Part shown: positions 8,157 through 15,589 of the stretch, piece by piece
How positions within the stretch are numbered: position 1 is the first letter of the stretch
Layout of the letters: the number at the start of each line of letters is the position of its first letter
From: Pseudodesulfovibrio piezophilus C1TLV30
GTDB taxonomy: Bacteria > Desulfobacterota > Desulfovibrionia > Desulfovibrionales > Desulfovibrionaceae
Reading direction: 5' to 3'
NCBI RefSeq assembly: GCF_000341895.1
Contig: NC_020409.1
Location: 810,001 to 842,000 of the forward strand
Length of the DNA stretch: 32,000 nt
The notes under the pieces: model-generated
Databases searched by the model: none
Seen by the model: the letters and a program-made list of their open reading frames with translations, nothing else
Told to the model about the DNA's origin: nothing
Made by a program: the position numbers and the translations under genes

Positions 8157-9173
8157 TTATAACAAGCCCCTCTTTTTCAATTTTTCAATCAGGGTTGTCC
8201 GCTTGATTCCAACCAATTCAGCAGCTTTATTTTTGATCCCATCCGACCTTTCCAGCGCTTCGGCAAGAAGGCGTCCTTCTATAGCCTCCAGAAAATCCTT
8301 CAACTTGAGTTCCTTGTCCGTCATATCCTTGAGTGTTGGCCAATCGAACCCGACAGACCGAGCTGGCTGAATCTCTTCCATTTTCTTGAGCGGCTTTTCT
8401 CCGATATCCAAAAAGATTTTCTCAGGTAGATCTTCCGGCATGACGCTTGACGCATCACAAAGAATAGCGAGGCGTTCCATGAAATTTTCCAACTCACGTA
8501 CATTGCCAGGCCATGAATAGGTCAGAATTATTTCCGCTGCCTGCTCCGAAAGCCTCATTCTTTTACGAGCCTTTGCCTTGCTCTGCTCTTTCAAAAAATG
8601 ATCTGCTAAAAGAAGTATATCGTTGCCACGCTCTCTCAATGGCGGCAAATGCAAAGGTATGACATTGAGCCTGTAATATAAATCCTCGCGAAACCGTCCC
8701 GCTTTCACTTCACTCTCAAGATCACGATTGGTCGCGGCAACAACGCGGACATCAACCTTCTTGATAGTAATCCCACCAACCCGTTCGATTTCCTTCTCTT
8801 GTAATGCCCGAAGAATCTTAACCTGAAGACTAAGATCCATTTCCCCAATTTCATCCAGAAAAATAGTCCCGCCATCTGCCAACTCAAATCGGCCAGGACG
8901 AGAGCGAATGGCGTGGGTAAAAGCGCCCTTCTCATGCCCAAACAGTTCTGACTCCAACAATTCCTTAGGAATAGCACCGCAGTTGATAGGCACGAAGGCT
9001 CCATCCCTGCGCTCACTATTGTGATGCAGGGCGCGAACCAATAATTCCTTTCCTGTGCCGGATTCACCGGACACCAAAACAGTACTATCCGTTGGAGCCA
9101 CCTTGCCAAGGACTTTGAACACATCGGCCAAGGCCGAACTGTCCCCGATGATCCCGTCCAGATTCAGTGCCAT
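8157..9173 (-). CDS. Sigma-54-dependent transcriptional activator (AAA+ bEBP) lacking an N-terminal sensory domain, with a C-terminal Fis-type HTH
   Basis: 338 aa with Walker A GESGTGKE, Walker [21 protein letters not shown] and [10 protein letters not shown], and a C-terminal HTH ([20 protein letters not shown]). The sigma-54 contact loop reads GAFTHA, not GAFTGA. GGAGG SD lies upstream. Confidence 0.9.
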   Translation of the reverse strand: MALNLDGIIGDSSALADVFKVLGKVAPTDSTVLVSGESGTGKELLVRALHHNSERRDGAFVPINCGAIPKELLESELFGHEKGAFTHAIRSRPGRFELADGGTIFLDEIGEMDLSLQVKILRALQEKEIERVGGITIKKVDVRVVAATNRDLESEVKAGRFREDLYYRLNVIPLHLPPLRERGNDILLLADHFLKEQSKAKARKRMRLSEQAAEIILTYSWPGNVRELENFMERLAILCDASSVMPEDLPEKIFLDIGEKPLKKMEEIQPARSVGFDWPTLKDMTDKELKLKDFLEAIEGRLLAEALERSDGIKNKAAELVGIKRTTLIEKLKKRGLL

Positions 9174-9340
9174 TTCCCCTCCAAAGCCGCATGATTATTT
9201 TCTTTAAAATTGGATCCTACGACCGACTATTTCTTTAATATATATCATCCCTGTCAACAAAATGACGCCATGTCAACGATTCGAGATAAGTTTCTCAAAA
9301 AGAACCTAAAAACAACGTGGATAGAAGGATAAAAATGACA

Positions 9341-9374
9341 CCTGTGAAGCAATCAAGGCCCCAGCTTTCACAGG
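9341..9374 (-). terminator. Weak terminator-like hairpin just after the substrate-binding-protein gene
   Basis: 8-bp stem CCTGTGAA (9341-9348) / TTCACAGG (9367-9374) with a 16-18 nt loop. On the minus strand it is followed by TGTCATTTTT. Confidence 0.35.
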
Positions 9375-9379
9375 TAAAT

Positions 9380-10126
9380 TCAAGGAAGAGTCTCAAGAGC
9401 CATATTGAAACGGGTCACAACCTCGTCAGGGACAGCAAGACTAAACATGACATACCGTAAATTGCCCATAGGGATATCATCAAGTGATACGGAGAGAAAC
9501 AAATCCGTAGAGAACTGCTCCTGCTGAACAAGGACATCCTTCTCTTCCGGTGCGACCAACATGTAAGTAAAACGCTCTGCGACAAGCATACGCAACAATT
9601 GTCCAAAACTGCCAACAACATTGGTAACGGTTGATACATTTTCCTGAATCAACGAGTCCACATGAAATCCGTATGAATACCCATCAAGGCGCCCAAGCAC
9701 CATTTCTTCTTTATTGAGGAGGTCGGCTAATGAAGTCACCCCCGAAAAGAATCTTGTATTTTTGGACAGGGCGAGAGCTTCCAAAGGTCTATTTTCATAT
9801 ATCGGATTTGAGAATTTGGCATAGTGCATACGACTCGGAGTTTTGAACCACCCCAATGAAGCAACCTGCTCAGTACCATGCATCACCTGCAAGATACGTT
9901 TAGCAGGCATTGATTCATAAACCGGAAGTATATCCGCCAAATGGAAAACAGCATCGACCTTCTTGAAAAGAAAACCATCAGGCTCGCCACGCGAATTGGT
10001 GAAATAATAAGGTGGAAATTCGAGATAATATACTGTCAATACTTTTCGAATCTCACCTGCGGCACAAAAAAGTGGCATTGCCGAAAGACAGAAGCAACAC
10101 AAAATTATCATTCCGAAACGAGCCAT
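9380..10126 (-). CDS. Periplasmic substrate-binding protein, family 3 (amino-acid ABC/sensor-type), orphan
   Basis: 248 aa with a signal peptide (MIILCCFCLSAMPLFCAAG) and an SBP_bac_3-like N-terminal pattern (YYLEFPPYYFTNSRGEPDGF). No permease or ATPase genes are adjacent. Confidence 0.75.
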   Translation of the reverse strand: MARFGMIILCCFCLSAMPLFCAAGEIRKVLTVYYLEFPPYYFTNSRGEPDGFLFKKVDAVFHLADILPVYESMPAKRILQVMHGTEQVASLGWFKTPSRMHYAKFSNPIYENRPLEALALSKNTRFFSGVTSLADLLNKEEMVLGRLDGYSYGFHVDSLIQENVSTVTNVVGSFGQLLRMLVAERFTYMLVAPEEKDVLVQQEQFSTDLFLSVSLDDIPMGNLRYVMFSLAVPDEVVTRFNMALETLP

Positions 10127-10142
10127 CCCTCCCCCCGATATA

Positions 10143-10168
10143 TAAAAAAAGCCCGGTAAAACCGGGCT
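10143..10168 (-). terminator. Rho-independent terminator (minus strand)
   Basis: Stem AGCCCGGT (10150-10157) / ACCGGGCT (10161-10168). On the minus strand it is followed by a T7 run (plus-strand A-run 10144-10150). Confidence 0.75.
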
Positions 10169-10344
10169 AGAATAACATATAAAGAGACACTCCGACAGAG
10201 AACCAAATCGGGCAGGAGGAAGACAGATTCTTCCCTCTTAAAGAGAATTTTCCTCTTGCTTTTTCAAGAGTCTATCCATACCCAAAAGTTCAAACTGTTC
10301 CGGTGTTCGAGCCCGGCACGACCAAGCTTATCAAAGAGTGTCCA

Positions 10345-11751
10345 TTATAGCGACTCTTGACGACGCAGAATTTCCTTTGCCGGAATCAAGGCTGTGGCAG
10401 CTGCACCGACGATATTACCGGCCACTCCAGGACCATCTCCAGCCACAAACAGTCCTTGCACCGATGTTTCCAGATGCGCTTGGGTGTCAACTTGTGTGGC
10501 AAAGAATTTGATCTCCGGTGCATAAAGAAGTGTTTCATCATTGGAAACACCCGGTACAATATTATTAAGTTGTTCCAGACCGTCCATAAGATTGGTCACA
10601 ATCCTCTCAGGCAAAGCCATCGCTATGTCACCTGGAACAACATTCTTCATGGTCGGTTCAATATACCCGTTACCGATACGATCCCATGTAGAACGACGTC
10701 CACGGCGTAAATCACCAAATCGTTGCAAAATAGGCTTTCCACCACCAATGAGTGTGGCAAGTCGGCCAATGGATTCTCCGTAAGCTTGGTTATCTTCCAC
10801 AGGATCATTAAGAACAACCTTGGACAGAAATGCGAAGTTGGTGTTCTCGGATTTGGTATTCATCAGCGCATGCCCATTCACACAGACAAAGTCCTGATAA
10901 TTTTCCAGTGCGACAAAGCCACCGTAGTTGGTACAGAATGTCCGTGTTTGGTCGTCATACTTATTAGTTCGAACAAAAAAGGTCGGATCGTAAATGACAG
11001 AACAAAGATCCTGCATGATTTCGTTATGCACCTCGACCCTGACACCGACTTCAATCCCACGTTGGGAGACTTCAATACCGTGCTGTCGAACCAGGGAAGC
11101 GACCCATTCTGCACCAACCCGGCCGGGAGCAAGAATGACACTCTTTGCCGAATATGTCTGTTTTTTGGTAACAACACCTGTCACTTGGCCGTCTTGGACG
11201 ATGATATCCTTCACATCCTCAGACGTGTGAAAATCAACGCCCTTATCCCGAATATAATCTGCCATGGCCGCGATATGACCAGGTAAATTATCACTCCCGA
11301 GGTGTTTCTGCTTGATTACAAGTAAATCGATACCATGCTTCCGGGCATCCTTTCTGATTTCCTTGGCTTTATCCATATCGGTGGGAAAGACTTGTCCATC
11401 CATCATGAATTGGTTAAAGATTTCCTCGGTTTCTTCAATGAGAGCGACAGCTTCGGAAGCACCGACAAACTGAGTCAAATCAGTTTTGCCGAGCTTGTGG
11501 ATGAAATTAAGCTTACCATCTGAAAACAGACCAGCTCCTCCGACTCCACAAAGAATATTGCACGGACGGCATTTGATGCATTCCTGATCCCCGGAAAGTG
11601 GGCAGTCCCGTTTTAAAGGACTCTTCCCTTTGTCTATAAGCAAAACATCGAGATCGGAATGTTCACTCAGGTAATAGGCGGCAAACAGCCCTGCTGGGCC
11701 GCCACCGACAATAATTACGTCATAATTGGTTTTAACAGTCTTTTCAGTCAT
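10345..11751 (-). CDS. NAD(P)/FAD-dependent oxidoreductase (COG2509-like)
   Basis: 468 aa with the dinucleotide fold YDVIIVGGGPAGLFAA, a Cys cluster (CPLSGDQECIKCRPCNILCG), GGAGLFSDGKL and C-terminal LFVAGDGPG. GAGAGGA SD lies upstream. Confidence 0.85.
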   Translation of the reverse strand: MTEKTVKTNYDVIIVGGGPAGLFAAYYLSEHSDLDVLLIDKGKSPLKRDCPLSGDQECIKCRPCNILCGVGGAGLFSDGKLNFIHKLGKTDLTQFVGASEAVALIEETEEIFNQFMMDGQVFPTDMDKAKEIRKDARKHGIDLLVIKQKHLGSDNLPGHIAAMADYIRDKGVDFHTSEDVKDIIVQDGQVTGVVTKKQTYSAKSVILAPGRVGAEWVASLVRQHGIEVSQRGIEVGVRVEVHNEIMQDLCSVIYDPTFFVRTNKYDDQTRTFCTNYGGFVALENYQDFVCVNGHALMNTKSENTNFAFLSKVVLNDPVEDNQAYGESIGRLATLIGGGKPILQRFGDLRRGRRSTWDRIGNGYIEPTMKNVVPGDIAMALPERIVTNLMDGLEQLNNIVPGVSNDETLLYAPEIKFFATQVDTQAHLETSVQGLFVAGDGPGVAGNIVGAAATALIPAKEILRRQESL

Positions 11752-11869
11752 AATATCCTCTCTGGTCTACGCAAGTATGGCCCGCTCTGATGCCTCCAAA
11801 AACGGAGCGCGCGCAGACGGGCCATTATTGACCATAAGATATAAAATAAGAATCTGTCAACCCAGAGCT

Positions 11870-12190
11870 TCACGCAAGCATAGTAAAAAGGTGCCCGATC
11901 ATTTCTTCCGATGCTCGAAGGGCGTTCACATTGGCGGGAAAGCCCCTCTGGGTCATAATCATGTTGACTCCCACAGTGCCAATATCTGTACGTACCACTT
12001 CCCCTGCACCAGGACTAGAGGCCGCATTCTCACGAATGGCCCCCACACGCACATCTTGTCCTTGAGGCCCGGTCTCTAAAAATCCCGAGGAAGCATGAAA
12101 ACCCTCAGTGTTTACATTGGCGATATTATTGGCTGTTACCTGATGAATGGTTGCCAGAGCAGATAAGGCCGAAGTATTGCTTTCGGACAT
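11870..12190 (-). CDS. Minimal flagellar basal-body rod-family protein (106 aa)
   Basis: The N-terminal ANNIANVNTEGF matches the rod-protein N-terminal signature. The C-terminal MTQRGFPANVNALRASEEMIGHL resembles the rod C-terminal helix. GAGGAG SD lies upstream. Confidence 0.75.
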   Translation of the reverse strand: MSESNTSALSALATIHQVTANNIANVNTEGFHASSGFLETGPQGQDVRVGAIRENAASSPGAGEVVRTDIGTVGVNMIMTQRGFPANVNALRASEEMIGHLFTMLA

Positions 12191-12266
12191 GAAGACTCTT
12201 CTCCTCTCTTCATAAAAATGATTTTATAGAAAAGATAAGATCTGACGGCTTTCCTGACAAGCTTTC

Positions 12267-12644
12267 TCAACGAACCAGCTGAGCTGGCCAGACAAGAATA
12301 AAGGCCTTTTCAAGACCAAAGAGAGTGTTGACTACTTTCCTGATCTCAAGGCTGATATCTCGATCTGCACTGACAAGGTAGGAGATATTCTCCTTGGACA
12401 CCACTCCTTCTGGATGAAGTGATCCACCCAGCGAAGGACCAAGCTCTGAATATCCACCCGCCAGCATAATCATCTCAGCACGAAAGGTATTCAATGCAGG
12501 AGAATTCTCTCCGCCCTCTCCCTGCTTCACGGGAAGCACTACAAAATGCACGAAAACAGATGTATTGCTGCCCGCGCAGACTTTATGAGGAATGACCATC
12601 AGCACACAGAGAGTGCAGAATATCAAAGGAACAAGATATTTCAT
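12267..12644 (-). CDS. Small secreted protein of unknown function
   Basis: 125 aa with an N-terminal signal peptide (MKYLVPLIFCTLCVLMVIPHKVCAG). GGAGGA SD lies 6 nt upstream of the ATG. I recognised no family. Confidence 0.65.
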   Translation of the reverse strand: MKYLVPLIFCTLCVLMVIPHKVCAGSNTSVFVHFVVLPVKQGEGGENSPALNTFRAEMIMLAGGYSELGPSLGGSLHPEGVVSKENISYLVSADRDISLEIRKVVNTLFGLEKAFILVWPAQLVR

Positions 12645-12708
12645 CAGACATCCTCCACGACGTTAAAATCACGGATTCTATCTTAATGGTAAACCACATC
12701 TTGTCCTC

Positions 12709-13485
12709 TTACGCAAGTGAAGCGCTTTCGATAACTGCGAACGCCGAATGGTTGTGGATTGATTCAAAACTTTCAACTTCGACTTTATACCAGTGAATCT
12801 GCTCATGTTCTGCCAATCCCTTAGCCGCTTCGCGAACCACGTCTTCGACAAAGGTTGGATTGGCAAAAGCTGTTTCGGTGACGTATTTTTCATCTTCCCT
12901 TTTGAGCAGAGAATACACCTGACACGAGCCGGACCGCTCTCCTATTTCGATAAGATCTTCCAGCCAAACAAATCCATTGAAACGAGTACGGATACGGACT
13001 TCAGCTCGCTGGGAGTGCGCCCCTTCGTTCGAAATAGCTTTGGAACAGGGGCAAACGGTCATGACCGGAACATCAGCTCCCAGAGTAAAAGTGAGCTTCC
13101 CCTCCTTGAGCATGCCATCCACACGACAGGTATAGTCCATCAGACCGTTGGCTCCGCTTACAGGAGAGTTACGACGAAGGAAAAAAGGAAAAACAAAGCG
13201 GACATGAGCACTCCGAGCCTGAAGTCGAACCACGATATCGTCCAACAATGACCGAAAGGAATTGTAATCAAGTTCGCCGGACCAATGCTCCAGAGCTTCA
13301 ATAAACCGGCTCATGTGTGTTCCCTTGAACTCGGCCGGCAAATCAACGGAGAGCGAGACCTCGGCAACAGTGTGCTGGATGCCGGACTCTCTGTCTCGAA
13401 CAATGATAGGTAATTTCAGCCCCTTCACCCCAACTCTATCGATGGGCATGGCAATAGCTGCCTGATGTTTTTGTACGTCTTCCAT
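12709..13485 (-). CDS. folE2: GTP cyclohydrolase FolE2 (GCYH-IB / MptA family)
   Basis: The translation ([35 protein letters not shown]) is typical of COG1469 FolE2. ATG 13485 gives about 258 aa. The ORF-track start at 13542 is an upstream GTG. Confidence 0.88.
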   Translation of the reverse strand: MEDVQKHQAAIAMPIDRVGVKGLKLPIIVRDRESGIQHTVAEVSLSVDLPAEFKGTHMSRFIEALEHWSGELDYNSFRSLLDDIVVRLQARSAHVRFVFPFFLRRNSPVSGANGLMDYTCRVDGMLKEGKLTFTLGADVPVMTVCPCSKAISNEGAHSQRAEVRIRTRFNGFVWLEDLIEIGERSGSCQVYSLLKREDEKYVTETAFANPTFVEDVVREAAKGLAEHEQIHWYKVEVESFESIHNHSAFAVIESASLA

Positions 13486-13596
13486 ATATACAGTAATCCT
13501 TGTCTCGCGGCCTCGAATGAGACTTCCATACCTCTTGCGCACACATGGCGAGGTAGAAAGTGTATCCTCATAAAACAGACCAAGGGTAAACTTTTA

Positions 13597-14016
13597 TTAA
13601 ATCAGGTCCTTTCCGGTGGTCGTCAAGGCAAGATTGCCGTGCTTGACACCTTTGGTGGAAATCAATTTCTGCCCAAGTGTCTTGATGGTATCGGCTTCGC
13701 CCTTGAGAATAATGACTTCCAGACAATTATAGTGATCGAGATGAACATGCAACGAGGACTGGATGACATTGTGATGCTCGTGCTGAATCTCAGTCAATCG
13801 TTGAGACAGGCCGGATTTATGGTGGTCATAAACAAGAGTCAATGTCCCTGCAAGGTCTCCTTCAGCCTCTTCCCATTCCCGCTGAACAAGAGTCTTTCTG
13901 ATGAGATCGCGAATAGCCTCTGAGCGGGTCTGGTAGCTTCGCTCATCGCAGTGTTCATCGAATTTCTGCAATAGGTCCGAATCCAGCGAAACTCCAAATC
14001 GTATTGTCTTTCCCAT
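13597..14016 (-). CDS. nikR: Nickel-responsive transcriptional regulator NikR
   Basis: It has a ribbon-helix-helix N-terminus ([13 protein letters not shown]...RSEAIRDLI). The C-terminal nickel site is [12 protein letters not shown] (H-x-H-x5-C) plus HEHH. GGAGGG SD lies 5-6 nt before ATG 14016. Confidence 0.9.
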   Translation of the reverse strand: MGKTIRFGVSLDSDLLQKFDEHCDERSYQTRSEAIRDLIRKTLVQREWEEAEGDLAGTLTLVYDHHKSGLSQRLTEIQHEHHNVIQSSLHVHLDHYNCLEVIILKGEADTIKTLGQKLISTKGVKHGNLALTTTGKDLI

Positions 14017-14029
14017 ACATCCCTCCACA

Positions 14030-14725
14030 TTAAGGAATTGTTATTTCCCAGAGATTGACCGTGGCATTCTGCCCACACAAAGCAACCTTTTCCACAGTCA
14101 ACTTTTTCGGCAAAAAACCTTCTGCATCCAGAGCATCCCATACAGGACGAGAGACCGTGCGGACAGGCTCTCCAATCCAGATTTTCCCCCCCGGAGCAAG
14201 GGCATGACGGAAGAGGCGGATCAACGGCTGAAAAAACCGTTTTTCATACAAGATGTCACCACCCCAAATAAAATCAAAAGCTCCTTCCGCTATTGCAGGC
14301 GCACGCCAGTCCATAAGCAGCCAAAGAGGTTGTGGCACGGCATTCAAAGCGGCATTATGCCGGGCGAAAAGGACAGCTGGCCATTCATAATCAAAGGCCA
14401 CGACAGAAGCTCCCACCGAACTTGCTATCATTCCGGTCAGACCAAGCCCGCACCCCATATCGAGACATGCTTTTCCGGCAAGCCTCTGCTTGTTTCTAAA
14501 AATATGACGTCCAAGGAGGACGCTTGCAGGCCATACTTCCGCCCAGTAGGGGAGACGCTCATCATCGCCAAGATCAGCTTCCTCCATGCATTCCCAGAGC
14601 GCTTCCATGTCCGCTGCCCGATCAAGAAGCCAGACACGCCCTTCAACCTCGACTTCCACGCGGGAACCCGGGTCAGGAACACTGAACCTATGAAAGGCTT
14701 CTGAATCACCTTGTTTTTTACACAT
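14030..14725 (-). CDS. Class I SAM-dependent methyltransferase (Methyltransf_16 / lysine-methyltransferase-like)
   Basis: SAM motif I is [11 protein letters not shown] and an acidic post-I is VVAFDYE. Its stop TAA (14030-14032) lies 13 nt before the nikR ATG. The start is uncertain (ATG 14725 or TTG 14737). Confidence 0.8.
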   Translation of the reverse strand: MCKKQGDSEAFHRFSVPDPGSRVEVEVEGRVWLLDRAADMEALWECMEEADLGDDERLPYWAEVWPASVLLGRHIFRNKQRLAGKACLDMGCGLGLTGMIASSVGASVVAFDYEWPAVLFARHNAALNAVPQPLWLLMDWRAPAIAEGAFDFIWGGDILYEKRFFQPLIRLFRHALAPGGKIWIGEPVRTVSRPVWDALDAEGFLPKKLTVEKVALCGQNATVNLWEITIP

Positions 14726-14752
14726 AACGTTGAGCAAAGCTACTCTCGCCCA

Positions 14753-14780
14753 GTGCTACAGTCAACCTGATTCGTAGTAC
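14753..14780. promoter_or_regulatory. NikR-box-like inverted repeat upstream of the methyltransferase-nikR operon
   Basis: GTGCTAC (14753-14759) - N14 - GTAGTAC (14774-14780) forms 7-bp arms with one mismatch. It resembles the GTGTTAC-N13/14-GTAACAC NikR signal that I recall being reported for delta-proteobacteria. Confidence 0.4.
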
Positions 14781-15039
14781 TCCCGATATCTCAATGAACG
14801 ATAGCGTATAACTGAAGCAATTCTCAAAAAAATTTATTCATCTTTATTTATAGTGAGTTGTATTCAAACCAAGCAAAATCGCCATTTTATTGACGCTTTG
14901 CCTTGCCTTTTTTGTTTCAAGATTCAAGAAGGAGGAAAGCGTCATTTTTTTTACTATTTCCAACATTCTTTGTGCATGTTAATGAGTTTTGATTAATCAT
15001 GTTTTACAGCCATTTCTTTTGCCAACAAGGAGCACCGAT

Positions 15040-15417
15040 ATGATTCCCGATGATCTCAAGTACACAAAATCTCATGAATGGGTTATGGTAGAAGGCGATA
15101 TTGCAACGGTCGGCATTACTCACTTTGCTCAGGAACAATTGGGTGATCTGACTTTTGTGGAACTGCCCGAAGTGGGAGATACCTTCGAAGCCGGCACGGA
15201 GATGGGGTCCGTGGAATCTGTCAAAGCAGCCAGCGAAATTTACGCTCCCGTTACCGGCGAAGTTGTCGAAGTCAACGAGGAACTCGAAGACGCTCCGGAG
15301 AATGTGAATGAAGAACCATACGGAGACGGCTGGCTCCTGAAATTCAAGATCAAAGGAGAGCCTGATAATCTCCTTGATGCCGAGGCATATACCTCCCTAG
15401 TTGAGTCCGAACACTAG
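15040..15417 (+). CDS. gcvH: Glycine cleavage system protein H
   Basis: YTKSHEWV, lipoyl-lysine motif VESVKAAS and GDGWL are present. AAGGAG SD precedes ATG 15040. The ORF-track TTG at 14989 has no SD. Confidence 0.95.
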   Translation: MIPDDLKYTKSHEWVMVEGDIATVGITHFAQEQLGDLTFVELPEVGDTFEAGTEMGSVESVKAASEIYAPVTGEVVEVNEELEDAPENVNEEPYGDGWLLKFKIKGEPDNLLDAEAYTSLVESEH

Positions 15418-15427
15418 AACGCTTTTT

Positions 15428-15457
15428 AGGCCGGGACATCAGTTTCGGCCTTTTTTT
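15428..15457 (+). terminator. Terminator/attenuator-like hairpin between gcvH and gcvPA
   Basis: Stem AGGCCG (15428-15433) / CGGCCT (15446-15451), followed by a T7 run. Confidence 0.5.
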
Positions 15458-15589
15458 CTCACAGACAAGCTAGGCTGCCACTGGCCGATGACTGTCGGAA
15501 GAACCATACAAGGTTCCAGCGTCACTCCGACGCAAAGGGAAGCATTCCTTTTTCCGCCATAGGCACATGGAAGCCGTAAGGAAAACAAT

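Noticed and set aside
10296-10325. A tRNA T-arm-like string, CCGGTGTTCGAGCCCGGCACGACCA.
   Set aside because: The GTTCGAG loop cannot be closed by a proper 5-bp T-stem with a G53-C61 pair. No complementary acceptor 5' strand or anticodon arm is present about 65-75 nt upstream.
13529-13555. TACCTC-N15-GAGGTA inverted repeat upstream of folE2 as a second NikR operator.
   Set aside because: The arms are only 6 bp and do not resemble the NikR consensus I recall. A match of this size is expected by chance in a spacer of about 110 nt. It is mentioned under the nikR-folE2 finding only as a weak candidate.
14738-15039. A glycine riboswitch or other leader upstream of gcvH. Also an orphan strong SD (AAGGAGGA at about 14929-14936) and an imperfect palindrome CATGTTAAT-N8-ATTAATCATG (about 14975-15001).
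   Set aside because: No glycine-aptamer core motifs are visible. The SD is followed only by an ATT-initiated 12-codon frame. The palindrome is AT-rich and imperfect in an AT-rich promoter region. None is strong enough to call.
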